Shown here: positions 23,521 through 35,594 of the stretch, in pieces
Position numbering within the stretch: position 1 is the first letter of the stretch
Layout: each line of letters opens with the position of its first letter
Made by a program: the position numbers and the translations under genes
The notes under the pieces: generated by a model
What the model was told of the DNA's origin: nothing
The model's input: only the letters and a program-made list of their open reading frames with translations
Databases searched by the model: none
NCBI GenBank assembly: GCA_021432655.1
Contig: MU271252.1
Span: 67,357 to 121,294 of the forward strand
Direction of reading: 5' to 3'
Source of the DNA: Atractiella rhizophila
Taxonomy: Eukaryota
Length of the DNA stretch: 53,938 nt

Positions 23521-24984
23521 TCATTGAGGCCAGGGCTCTTTCGCTCCATCTTTCTCCCACTTTTTCAAAATCTTCACGAATCCCTCGTTGGGCTTCACTC
23601 CGTCTCTCTTCCCTACAACATATTTCAATGCCTCCTCGTATGTCCAACCTTTTTCCCGCATCATGAAAGCTATCACCTGTTGGGCGAAATATATCAGCGC
23701 CGTTTCATCTACGAAGAAGCTTGACAGGCAACGTACAACTGTGGCGCTCCTGCTGACCCCTTGGAAGCAGTGGACCAACACGTTCCCCCTCCGCAAACCT
23801 TCCTTGATGAATTCTGTCGCCTCCGGAAGCGCTTTGAACATGGCTTCTCCATGCTGAGGGGAGCTCGAATCTGGTACAGGGACAGAATGAAAGTGTATAG
23901 GGTAGTTGTAACATTCTTCTGATTTCGGTAACGTGGAGGAAGGGTCGTGCGCGAGGTATGTTGGCGTCCAGCAACTTTCAAGAACGTGGACAATGGAATG
24001 AATGGAGTGAGCACGGAGCATATCCAGAGATGTGGAGGATTCGAAGGAGCCAAGGTATAACGCTCCTCTCTCCTCTTTGTTCCCGTCTGCCTGCAGCGAA
24101 CGATCGCGGTCATCTCTTAAGCGAAGGCCTTCGAATCGGACTTCCAGTTCCCCCTTCGCTTTTCCATGTGCCTGATCGGCTGTATGACTGACCAATTCCA
24201 TTTTCTTCTCCTCCTCTCCTCCTTCTCCCGTCGCGAGGGGTAAAGAAAGCTTAACCAACGGCGAGGCAGGCAAGATGAGCGAGATCGGGGGGAGATCTTT
24301 AGCTTTCCAAGGGGTAAAACCGCTGAACCCATTCTTAATCAGGCTGCTCAGCCTCCGCTGTTTCGTGGATACATCTGGAGGGGCGAGAGTTAGTGTCGAT
24401 GAGGTGGAAAGGGGAGAGTTGCCCATGGACGCTGAATGAGATTGTGCTCGTCCTTTAGATGCTACCATCGAGGTAGAAGCAGGAGATGTCTCAACGCATT
24501 TTGGCCGTTCGGGAGCAGCGTGAGAGTGCCGTCTTCCTGCCAGCGCCTTGGCAGCGAGAAGTTTCTCTCCCAACCCCTTCGTTCCGTGCCTCCGAGACTG
24601 CTGCTTCTCTCCATCTGGTTCTCCATCTGCGTGAGCATCGCCATTGGAATGTGCAACCTCGATTTCCTCAACATCAGCCTTCCCATCCCCGCCGATAGGT
24701 AGTTCGAGCTCCTTATCCTCTTCTATGGTCTCCTCTTCCAGCCATGACATCCCTTCCCTTTCCCATTCACTCATTGAATACGAACTTCCACGTCTACTCC
24801 TGCTTCCACCGGAAGCGGAGGAAGGGGAAAGGTTGGGATTGGAGTGCGGGGAGAGGTGTGAGGACGAGTGCCGATTCTTTAATGCCTGTGAAGAGTGGGA
24901 TGGAGAGGAAGGTAGAGATTTTGGAGGAGAGAAGGGAGAGGCGAGCGGTGGGGACATTGGTGTGAAGGAGCGTGGGGAAGACAT
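23521..24984 (-). CDS. Dual-specificity protein phosphatase with long disordered N-terminus
   Basis: LYLGS, VLVHCFQGVSRSATV (CX5R), in-frame intron, then VIAFMM..KR..VKPNEGF. Confidence 0.92.
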   Translation of the reverse strand: MSSPRSFTPMSPPLASPFSPPKSLPSSPSHSSQALKNRHSSSHLSPHSNPNLSPSSASGGSRSRRGSSYSMSEWEREGMSWLEEETIEEDKELELPIGGDGKADVEEIEVAHSNGDAHADGEPDGEKQQSRRHGTKGLGEKLLAAKALAGRRHSHAAPERPKCVETSPASTSMVASKGRAQSHSASMGNSPLSTSSTLTLAPPDVSTKQRRLSSLIKNGFSGFTPWKAKDLPPISLILPASPLVKLSLPLATGEGGEEEKKMELVSHTADQAHGKAKGELEVRFEGLRLRDDRDRSLQADGNKEERGALYLGSFESSTSLDMLRAHSIHSIVHVLESCWTPTYLAHDPSSTLPKSEECYNYPIHFHSVPVPDSSSPQHGEAMFKALPEATEFIKEGLRRGNVLVHCFQGVSRSATVVRCLSSFFVDETALIYFAQQVIAFMMREKGWTYEEALKYVVGKRDGVKPNEGFVKILKKWEKDGAKEPWPQ

Positions 24985-25599
24985 CTGCAGAAAGGACGAA
25001 AATGCCTCAGTAAAACGAACTGCAACACACTAACGGGAGGCAGAATACGAGAATGGGTGTTAATAAGCGAAGATATCATGAGGGGGATGAGCGAGTCAAT
25101 GATCTCGTGACTCAAGTGCTCTAAGCTGAATATGATGACCAGGCTTCGGTACAACAGCTTGTGCAGTTTGACAACTTTAGGCACGATGTTACAGCTGACA
25201 ACCTTTTTTTGGCTTACTCCAGCCCATTTAGGGTCGTTTGAGAAACCACATACTCTACTTCGCTTCCTGTGCCTTGAGTTGTGGATCGACATGAACAGTG
25301 ACATGAGAGTTGAGACGGATGACGAAATGGTCCTCAAATGTTTGGGACACCATGTATCACATCATGCTTCTTATCTCAGAAACGATCAAGCACGATATTC
25401 GGTGACCGCAGACCATTTCTCCAAATTCGGCATCGGTTGCAAGCTGGTAGGACACCTCACAGGCTTAAGCCGGCCCACCTCGTCATCGCTAGAAATTTGA
25501 CCGTGATGTCCAGCTTTGCTCGTTCGCGCAGAGCTGTCCGGTGGAACTGGATTCGCTCCAGGCCACCGGAAAGTAGGGATTAGATCATCGAAACGAGAG

Positions 25600-26992
25600 C
25601 TTTCATGCCCGTTTCTCCTCTTCACGTCTTACGCGCTCACGACTTTAGGTCGTCAAATTGAAGGTGAATGTTATGGAAGAGAAGCAAATGCGATGGGTTT
25701 GAGAGAGAACTCACCTTCAACTTCTGCAGCTGACTAGCTTAAATCAACTGGCTTCTTTAAACGTATTCGCGACTACAACATGCGACAAGACATACCCTCC
25801 TCGAGTGGCAAGTCTCTCTTCAGCATACTCCCTTCCAAACTGTCCCAAAGGTCCCACTGATCCACACTGATCGAAGCGGTCATCGGGCACAAAACTTCCT
25901 TCGGCTCCGGAGACACAAGAGGAGGCGGGGTAACATCTTCGTTCACGAGAAAGCCCTTGGGAGTTGCCCAGATTCGCGCGATTTCGACGATGAAGTCAGC
26001 ACTAGAGAGAAGAAAATAGCAGCGAAGCCGCGGTTTATTATGTTTATGGGTTGGCCGAGTCTCGGGCTCCTTGCGGAGCTGATGGAGCCGACTTGAATCA
26101 CTTGTGGATTACTGGATTTGTTGAGTGTCTCTCTTGAAATATGAACGACTGAGACCAGATAAACACGCCAAATCGTCTCTAACCGACTTCCACCTGAGCT
26201 GAACACAAGTGGAGCGCTTCTTATTGGTACAATGGAAACGTCAGTGAAAACCAAGCGCTGATCGATTAGTCTTCTGGAACAGGACGCGCTCAGCTTGGGA
26301 GTCAATCTGACATGAACATGCAGAGAAACTTGGAATGCGACATTATAATCCGCAAAACAACAACTTGAAGCCAGTCCCTCAATTCCACTTGCCTCGAAGC
26401 ACCTATCAATTTTTGCATCAAGCTGCGTAGGAATCCCAACCTCTCTACATTTCTTTCACAATACGGCCACTCCTTTTCTCTCTGCCTTTTCTCCATGTGC
26501 GTCACCACGTCACTACTACTCAAAACATGACCTGGCTACCTCCTATCGCGGAAACCACCTCTTTGCCAGGCTTTCCCTGCATTTGTGAAAGGATATGTCC
26601 CAGCCAGATGCCCCCAACAGGGCTGCAGATGTCGAATCAGCCACGGGATCGCTCAAACTGCCAAGAAACCCTTCTGCATTATACGTGCCACCATCAGCAT
26701 TCAAAGGTTCCTCCAACACAATGACCCTCCCACCTGTTGACGACAGGCGACACCTTCGTCGTCGTGTCGTAGTCTTGTTCGCTTCATTCGTTTTTCGCTC
26801 CATCCATGTCCGATTGATTATATCTCCAAATGAAGGGATGACTGTCCTTTTCCGTTCGCAAAGGTTGCCAAAGTTCCTAGGGTTTGCTCGCGTTGCAAAC
26901 AGTCCTTCCTCTGAACCTATTTCCATCTTCTCCGGATAGGCAGTCGCCACAAGTGTTGTTACCGCACGACCTTGATAATAGAACTTATTCAT
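25600..26992 (-). CDS. Hypothetical multi-exon protein; boundaries uncertain
   Basis: Open exon-like segment (..SADFIVEIARIWATPKGF..WDLWDSLEGSMLKRDLPLEE) ending at a GTATGT donor, plus upstream ORF 26543-26992. No family recognised. Confidence 0.35.
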
Positions 26993-27537
26993 GCTGCGCT
27001 CCCTACTTTTATGTGTGCTCTTACCTTCCGGAATATACGAGTGGCGCGCTGTTCATTTGAGGCTGTAGGATTCGGGACAATTGTTCACTTCCCTTTAGCT
27101 ACCTCCCTGGATGCGATCTCCAAATTTACAGCAGTGTGAACTCTCAACACTACGCGTCGTCGACACATGTCAAGAGGATAGAGTCGTAATTCGTTGTTTC
27201 CGATAAGTCCTCAGCTGAGTAGACCTAACGGCCTCTGAAAATAACGATAGAGCAGACATCCCGATAATCAATCGCGGTAACTTTGACAGTGTTTACGGCT
27301 CATCACGTCGGACCGACCGGAGTGAAGTGGAAGTGATTCCTCGATTCCTCGATCCCTCCTTACCTCGCCCACTCAGCATGTGAGAACTTTCTGCTCAAGC
27401 AGGATGGTATATATATACCTTGGGAGGATCTCACACATCCTTTTACGCTGAACGCATTCCGGACCATTATCACAGGTGATCGATCAAGCCTGTCATTGTT
27501 GTGCTCCTGCTCCTCCACGCTCACCACGGCGGCAACC

Positions 27538-29432
27538 ATGGCTACGCCAGTCTTTATCCCTCCATATTCAGTCATACGAGACAGCGCAAGATTCTGATAT
27601 TTTTCATGGCAGACACAGGCTGACAGGAATATAGGTTGGTGCATATCTCGTCGGAGCTTCAGTCACCATTCTTCTAACTGGATGGACCTTACACCGTGCG
27701 TGTTGCTCGTTGTTAAGGAATGAGGCTAAATTGCATGGATGTACAGAGACTGCTTCGTATTACCACAATTACCCTCGAGATCCTTTTGTCACGAAAACAG
27801 TGATCGCTGCTCTGGCCGTAGCTAACATTTTACACGTGGCATTTGTGTTTCGTGCGCCGTCTGTTTGATCTTAAAGTTCGCTAATTCTGCTCAAAGATAA
27901 TGTGTACCATTGTAAGTCGTCCCACCATTTTAGAGAAGAGGTGTTCAAGGGTGTGTACCAAGGGCTCATAAGCAACTATGGGATCATTGCAGCATTCGGC
28001 TCTGTACCTTTTTCTTATGGCGCCAACTTTATCATTCTTGCATTAACTACCTCCGTTGTTCAAATTTGGTACGCTAGGTTAGTTTCTGGTTCCACCGTAA
28101 AGGAAATCTTGGACTGAACTTGTAGCCTTAGTCGAATCTATGTACTAGGAGGGAAGAAGCGCATCGCACCGATCTTCGTCATATTCTGTGCCCTCTTCCA
28201 ATTAGGCTGGGGAATAGCTGCTGGAATCAGTACGGCTCGTGTCAAGTGCGTTCCATATGACAAATTATCAAGCGGTCTGCTAAACGAAGCTGGACTAGGG
28301 AACAGCGAAAGTTTCGCCAGTTCAGTTATGTTGCGTACTGTTGGCTTGGCGGTGCTGGGCTCTCCGATTTCATCATTGGTAAGTCAACTCCATACTAGAA
28401 GAAAATTGTAATCACAAGGGCCACAGTGTGTTTGATGGCATTCTACCTGCTCAGGTGAGAACATTGTACGTCCTCCAGTGTTTGAAGTAATGGCGCACAA
28501 GGTCCCGGCAAGGCTTCAAAGGCACAACCAGCGTGGTCAACAGAATTGTTGGTTTTCTTTTCGAGCTTTCAATAACTACGGCAGCAAACCCTTTCCATAT
28601 ACAGGTCCTGCTGACTGTTCAAACAAATATGATCACGAGCGTTCTTCAAATATTGGACCTAATTCTGTGCGAATGAACTCACTCTTTTGTCATTGCTTGC
28701 TGATCTCTTCCATGCAGCTTCCTGACAATGCAAAGCGGATGGTACGTGTATTCAGTATAACACAACACAAGGCGTGCGCTGAAGATAGTCAAGGAATATT
28801 GCAATCAATATTGGTCGGTCTTTCTATTGGGCTTTCATAAAGATTGACATTAATCAAATATAGTTCTGATCCCTCTGTAAGCCTCCGCCTAGCATGCAGT
28901 AAAGACGCCTTACTAAAGGCTTCACAGGTACTCAAATTCGGTGCTTACATTGTGAGTTCCTGCTTTCTCTTCAAGTTAGGGTTGTGACCACGTCCATTCA
29001 GGCTAGTACGTCTTCTAATAATTTGCAGTCTCTCAAAGGCTCAAAAGTTTCCTTTCTGTAGCTTGGTGAGCATCATACGCTTCGAACCTGAAGGTGAAGT
29101 CAATGATTAAAAATCAGCACGAGACAGCTTCCAAACCAGTGGCTATTCGGGTCAGCACAGTTCTAACGGGAATGGAAAAGGAAGTGGGCAGCATTCGGGG
29201 GTAGAAATGGAAAGGCGCACCCCCAAGAACGGCGCTGCTGTCGTTTTCCTTTTTTCGTAGCAAAGACAACCACTGATTTATTCATTGATTGCCACAGCCT
29301 CCGGTACCTGTCGCAGTAATCAGCGATAGCAGCCAAGTAGATGCATCACACGGCGAATATTCTTCATATCCGTTATCCATGTCTAGAACCAACATTACGC
29401 TCGTTCGTCATCTCCTGTTTAGCAGTACCTAG
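27538..29432 (+). CDS. Basidiomycete DUF6534-like multi-pass membrane protein; 3' end approximate
   Basis: Spliced in frame: VGAYLVG..YYHNYPRDP..VYHWLISNYG..VVQIWYASRIYVL..WLGGAGLSDFII..FYLLRSRQGFKGTTSVVNRIVLLTVQTNMITS. Confidence 0.8.
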
Positions 29433-29813
29433 GTGATGATGCCGTTACTCGCAGAGGGATGAATTCTACCACGAGTATAAATCACCGGATTTAGATAGGG
29501 AGTACAGACCTTAAACTGGTGCAAATGGAGATCATTAGACCTAGATCAAAGAGCAGACTATTTGACATATGCGTTGGACAATCCAAGTGAACACAGATTC
29601 CACTATGGAGGCCAGACTTGTTGAGTTAAGGGGCAGCTTCGAAAATTCAGGCAGTTTAGACACTTCAGCTATGTCATCCTTTCTTGCGTTCACAAAACAT
29701 GTACAGTCTTTCCAACTTGTAATCAAATCGACTCGTGATACATAGACATTTCCGAAAGGAGCGCAACTTAAAGATCAACACGTTTGTATCCACGTTACTG
29801 TCGTCGCAAAATA

Positions 29814-32800
29814 TCACCTCAAAGGCTTCCTCACTGAAGAAGGCCCATATCCGTCAATCTCCCCGACGTCCTCTCCTCGAACACGACTCAAAAGTCTTCT
29901 GCTCGGCTTCCTCTGTATGCTTGCCATACCCATCTCATCCACATCCACGACCAAACTCCTCTCCTCCTCTTCATCGTCCTCTTGTTCGACAATGTCCTTC
30001 CTCCTTACAACTCTGCCTTTGCTAGCAGCTCTCTGATGAGCACTCACGACCTCCACTTCGAACTCTTGCCCAGCCACGCTCCGCATGTTCTTGGTACTCC
30101 TCACGCTCCTCAAACTCGCAATACTCGCAATCCTCCCGGGTGTGCGTCCAGCGGTCGAGTCTCGTGCCCTTACTAGCTTGGTGGGGATGCCTTCCGCTTC
30201 CACGTCTTCCTCAATATCATCCACTAGTCCTCGATCGTCTTCATCATTTTCGTCTTCGTCAGCGGGAGTAAGGAATCGAACGCTCGCTCGAGACGCTGGG
30301 CGAGCCGGAGCAGGCGTATGTCCTGCATTTGTATGGATCGAGCGCAGGGAACGGGAAGAGCGAATGGATCGTAATGATTTGGCTAGGGAGGAACGTCGTG
30401 AGCGTTGGCGACCATGCATTGTGACATCTTCGTCATCCTCCAAGTCATCGTTCTCGAAATCCGACTCTTCGGATTCATAATTCGTGGAATACGCCAGCCT
30501 TGACCCTGTTCTACTCAACACAGGCCGTTGAGAGGGGACTAGTGATTTGGCTATGCCCCCTTGGCGCGAAGGAGTGTCAATATCTTGAATAGAGAGTGTG
30601 GAGTCGACGGACTCCGACTGCTCCTCCTTCATGCGTCGGAGCATTTCTGGTTCACAGTCTTCGTCTTGGGGTAGAACAGCGTCTTCATCCTCCTCTTCAG
30701 GCTCCTCTTCCTCTTCAATAGACTCAGTGATGGATGTTCGTGAAGCCTGCCATGCTCGGTTCATAATGTCGATCTTGCGATTTGTCTTCTGTTCCTCCGC
30801 TGCGATCTAGAATCCTCAAGATTATTAAAGGGCGAGGAAGGTGAAAGAGGGGGCATACCCGTTCTTGCACGTCGTGCTGATGTTGCTCTTCCAACTCCTT
30901 GATTTTGCCTTCATAAAAATCGGCCATTGTGTCCTTAATCTCCAGTTCACGTTCAGACCATCTCACCCTCTCATCAAGGAGCTATCACAACAACAAAACG
31001 GCGTCAAATATGCTCTTCACTGGAGGAGAATCCCAGACAAGTTAGACGGGTTAGGACTCACAAGTAACTTCAGTCTTCTGTTTTCCTCCCAGAGCTCCAC
31101 ACACCTCTTCCAGACGGGATCCTCCTCCTCTTCGCCTCCCTGTCCCTCCTCCTCCACGTCGACATCGACCGAAATCTCATCCTCCCTACCACCCACCGAC
31201 ACTTTGATGCTCTTCCTTGCCCTCTTCTTCTCCTTCTCAGGGCTAGGCGGAAGTGCTTGGATTGCTTGGGTTGGAGGGGGAGAAATGAGAACCACCTCAC
31301 GAGCGACGGCGGAGAAGCGGAGGACGTGCACATTCTCTTCATATGACGTGTTGAAGGGATCCACTGTAACAATCATGGCCTACGGCACAGTTCATAATCA
31401 ATATTCATCAACAAGATGACAAGTGAGATTGCGCACCGCCCTTCCTTCACCAGTGAAGAATGTCTGAAAGATCTCCGTCAACTTCGAATGTCGGAAAGGG
31501 ACCAATGCAGTCTTCTTTCCCTCCCTTTCCCTCTTCACATTCTCTCTCAAAGTCTCCAGACACTGACCAAGCACCATCAAGCTCTTGTTGATGCTTCCCG
31601 CTTCTTTCAACCGCTCCCCGCTCGTGCCTGTATTTACTTGCCTCTCACTCCCGGCAAGATCGACGATGCTGAATTTCGACGAGACCCCGTTACGGACGAT
31701 GCGGATAGTGAAGACCGCGTGGGAGCGAGAGGAGGTTGAGTTGAGGAGGGTAGAGTAGACTTGTCGATTTATCCTCCCAAGAGAAATGAGGGAGAGCGCT
31801 TGCTGAACACAACATATTTCATGAGTAGCTGCATCGCCTAGCCTTTGAACGGAGAATACCCACGTCAAGACTTCCGATGGAGACTTCACGCAGGCCAGAG
31901 ACGCTTTTCCCTCCTGTTGTAGAGTCTTTGTCTAGTTTCAAAGGGAGGGCTTTCCTCTTCACGCTTGAGCTTTTCGTGGGTGATGCAACGCCTATTCGAG
32001 GCATCAGAGGTAAGATTTGGGCAGAGGAGAAAAGAAGTACCCAGCCAGCTTGACAACGTCGTATTTCCGTCTTTTGTTACTCCATTCTGGGAATTGGCAG
32101 TAGAAAGGAGATCGTATATCTTCTCGTTATAAATCTCAAAGTAACTACGACCTCATCAACATCCGTTTGTACAGAATGACAGATGCCGCAACATAAGCGA
32201 GCTGAAAAACTCACCTAATGTGAACTTCTGCCTTCATAGACGCCAACTTCCTAGAAGGTTCACCAAAGCTCCTCCAAAGGATGTCCTGCAACAAACCCCT
32301 CTTTCCCCTCCTCTCCCTTCCACCTCCGGTTTCTCCCTCTCCACCTTCCACCTTTCCTCCTACACGCTCCCACACCCACCTCACGCTCCTGCCTAAGAGT
32401 CCCTCTTCCTGTGAACCGCTTTCGCCTCCCATGACCGTGTACGTCTTTCCACTTCCAGTCGTGCCGTAACAGAAGAGCAAACCATCACGGGAGTCGTCGG
32501 TGAAAGTTGAGAGGAGGGGAAGAGCAGTGGATGCGAAGACAGATGATTGGGAGGTGGTGGGTGGCAGGAGGGAGGTGAAAGTGTATTGTTCGGCAGTGCC
32601 GCTCGGAGAAGTGAGCGTGACAGTGCTCGTGGAGGACAAGGAGAGATGGTTGAATGTGCTGGAGGAGGAATTGGCTGGGGAAGTTGGTGGTCGGATCCTT
32701 AGGTAGGTCTGGAAGTCATTGAATGTCAGCGTCACGTTATAGAATAACGATACAATGGCCCAGTCATTTCAGGACTGAACGCACGTGGAGCCAACAAGAT

Positions 32801-33315
32801 AGAGACAGCACTAAGGCAGGCATTTCATGCTCCCTTCATGGAAGAATCACTTTTTGCAAGTGAATTTGAAGCAGGTTAGAGGAAGACGTTACTCATTTTC
32901 CCCGGCAAGCACGACCAAGGGTGAAACCACCTACCGATACCTCTTCACCTCTCTTCTCAACCCCTCTTCCTCCTCTAAGTACGACGCTACCTTCTCTCCT
33001 TACTCCCAAATTCCTAACGGATGCTTTACTGGCCACTCTCTTCAAAAATCCGCCTCCGCCTCCCTCTTTATCCTTCTCCTTCTCCCTTTCTTTCCTAGAT
33101 TGACTATCGATCGAATTACGCGTAACTGCCGCGAGAGGTGGTCTGGGAGCTGCGCCTTGAGACGACTGGGAAGTGGAAAGGGACAGATCGCGCGAGGAAC
33201 GAGAGGCGCGAAGAGAAGTGCGCAGGACAGGCGCGGAGGGATGTGTCGCTTGTGATCGCGTGACTCGGGTTGAGGGAGCGACGGCGGGGGCGGGAGTCGT
33301 GGTGCGTGGCGCCAT
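29814..33315 (-). CDS. Kinesin motor protein, probably kinesin-6 (Klp9/MKLP-like)
   Basis: YLRIRP, P-loop YGTTGSGKT, YFEIYNEKIYDLL, NSTSSRSH, VDLAGSER, VPFRHSKLT, VLRFSA; coiled coil and acidic tail. Confidence 0.93.
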
Positions 33316-33722
33316 TGTGGCTATTCGATGGCTTTTGATTGTTATCCAGCGAGAAGCACTGGGCAGGGAGAGTTGTTGTCGTCGTCAGGAAGGACGCGAT
33401 AGTTGATGCGCGTTAACGTAAATCGCACGTGATTTGCATCAGTGACAGTGAATAGTTGGCTGGGTCTCATCCAACTTATTGTTATTGCTACTCCTGCGGC
33501 GATCTGTAACTCGAGGCGCCTTGTAGATTGACGGATCATGTAGGATCCACATGGATAGATACTGCAATCCCCAACCCAGCCTCCCTCCCAAGATGCACTA
33601 TACTATCTAGGTAAATGCACCGAAGCAAGCCATCTGCAGTGACTTGTTAGTCTGCATAAGCTTCGTGAGGAGGCTTTTCAAACGTGCAAATTTTAATTGG
33701 CTATATCTTTTCACTTTCACAG

Positions 33723-35594
33723 TCACTTCAACCAGACCACGACAGCCTCACTGTTCCTGATGTTAATTTCTCCATTCTCTGCTTTTTCCATCTGCTCGAC
33801 GCCACTCGCAAAGCAGCCACCTTCCCAGTTCTGATTTCCCCACAATGCACCCGCTCGGACGTTCGCACCAGCGCCAGTGAGTCTTCTCACTTCCGAGACA
33901 GATGCTCCATTAAGAGATACAGTGACTTTCGGGGCGTCGGTAGAAGAGGCGGTCGCGTTGTAAATGTGGGTGTTGATGAGCGCAACCCTCTTGGGGACGG
34001 CCGCCTCATAAGCTACATAAGCAGCCAAATAAGGATCCTGAGATGCGACCTCTGAGACTCGAACAGCAGCGTCCGCGGATCCAAGGAAAGCTTGAAGAGC
34101 CAAAAGCGCACTGTAGTTTGGCTTGGTGAACGGACCGGTTTGGTTGACTTGGACTGGCTGGAAAGGCGCATAGCGATAGTTCGTCCCGACGTGGAAGTCA
34201 ACCCATTGAGCACCTCGCGTCGCTAGTTGCAAGGCGTAATCCAGAGTCCATAAAGCAGCACCAAAGGAATCTGATGCTCCAGACGTGCCTTGACACGAAA
34301 TAGAGTTTGTTTCGCCTGTTAAATTGTGAGAGTTCGTCGCAATGACTTGTAGATCAACGAACTCTGCACATAGGTCAATCCTGCGTTTTCTATCGCTGCG
34401 ATGTCTGGTTTCAGTGCGTCCAGATATGCGACAGTATTCTGGCGTATCTACTTTAGTTCAGCAGAAAGGCAAACAAGACACGGACTTGATGATTCATCAG
34501 CTTTTCCAAATTAATCTGACTCGCGCTTGCAGGTGTACAAGCACTCTACCGTTAAATGTTTATTGTCACCGTAATGAATGGCGAGACACTGACCATGAAA
34601 TAGTGATGCTGCCCAACGGCTTCAATAACGTACTCGCTCGTGTTCTTCAAACCAGCCGCAATTTGTTCTTCAGGGAAGAAGGCAGATTTACAGCAAGTGT
34701 CGCCGGCTTGGAAGACTGCTGGCTTCATCTGGCTTTCGATGGAAGCCGCTACTGTCCTATAAAACTGATCCCTCGTTCAATACTCTGCATCGAACACAAA
34801 ATGAGCAACATTACCGACTGAACTGTGCTCTCGTAATCCGTCACATTGGCAAAACCTGGATTGGAGAAAAGGTCAGGTTCATTGCCAATGGAGAACTACA
34901 TCGATTGTCAGCGCAAGGCAAAAGAAGAGGATAAAATATACCGCAGTGAGCTCAGGGATTGCTGCTAATGCACGAGAAGCAACGACGGCCTGCTCGTCTG
35001 CTGAAGCATTGTGTAGTCGTAGACCAAACACTACTGGGTCACCCGAAGCAATCTATCGTCCGTTCTTAGGTCAGCCTTGTCGTGACCAGAATCAAGGGGT
35101 AGTATCACTTGGTGAAGGCTCTCAAAGTAGCCCGGTCCAAAAGTGAGGTTCGTTGGCTCTGCGTCGCTTTCTCAACAGGCAGAAAGACAAGGACTGGGAA
35201 CGCACGATCAGCTCCAAAATATGGAAAGTTATTGATGATTGGCGTCGACTGATCCTCTAGAAAAGTCGACCTATCCCTTCATGCCGACAATACTCAGCGT
35301 AGGTCTGACAGAAAGAATGTCATAATACTGAGTGTTCCCACCAATCCTGAAGTGCAGCGGTCTACCCCCAACATTTCGCAACGCGTCGAGGCAGGTTTTC
35401 GTGTACCCATTAGGCTGGCCCGGAGGACCTGAAAAGTCGACGAGGGAGGCGAACTCGATTGACAAACCTAGGTAGTGAGACGGGAGCTGATGGGACGTGT
35501 TGCCTGCTGGTGGGGAGGCAGGGACAGAAATGGAGATCTGGCCCACTGCAGCTTTGAAGAGGAACAGGAGAGAAGGGACGACATAGGGATGCAT
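33723..35594 (-). CDS. Secreted glycoside hydrolase family 79 (beta-glucuronidase/heparanase-like)
   Basis: Signal peptide, LGLSIEF, FRIGGNTQ, acid/base IGNEPDLF, nucleophile ETNSISCQG, SDSFGAALWTLDY. Confidence 0.92.

Noticed and set aside
32745..32792. Patchy similarity to U6 snRNA (AACGATACA..ATGGCCC..ACGCA..CGTG)
   Set aside because: The ACAGAGA box and AGC triad are absent; the alignment needs several gaps.
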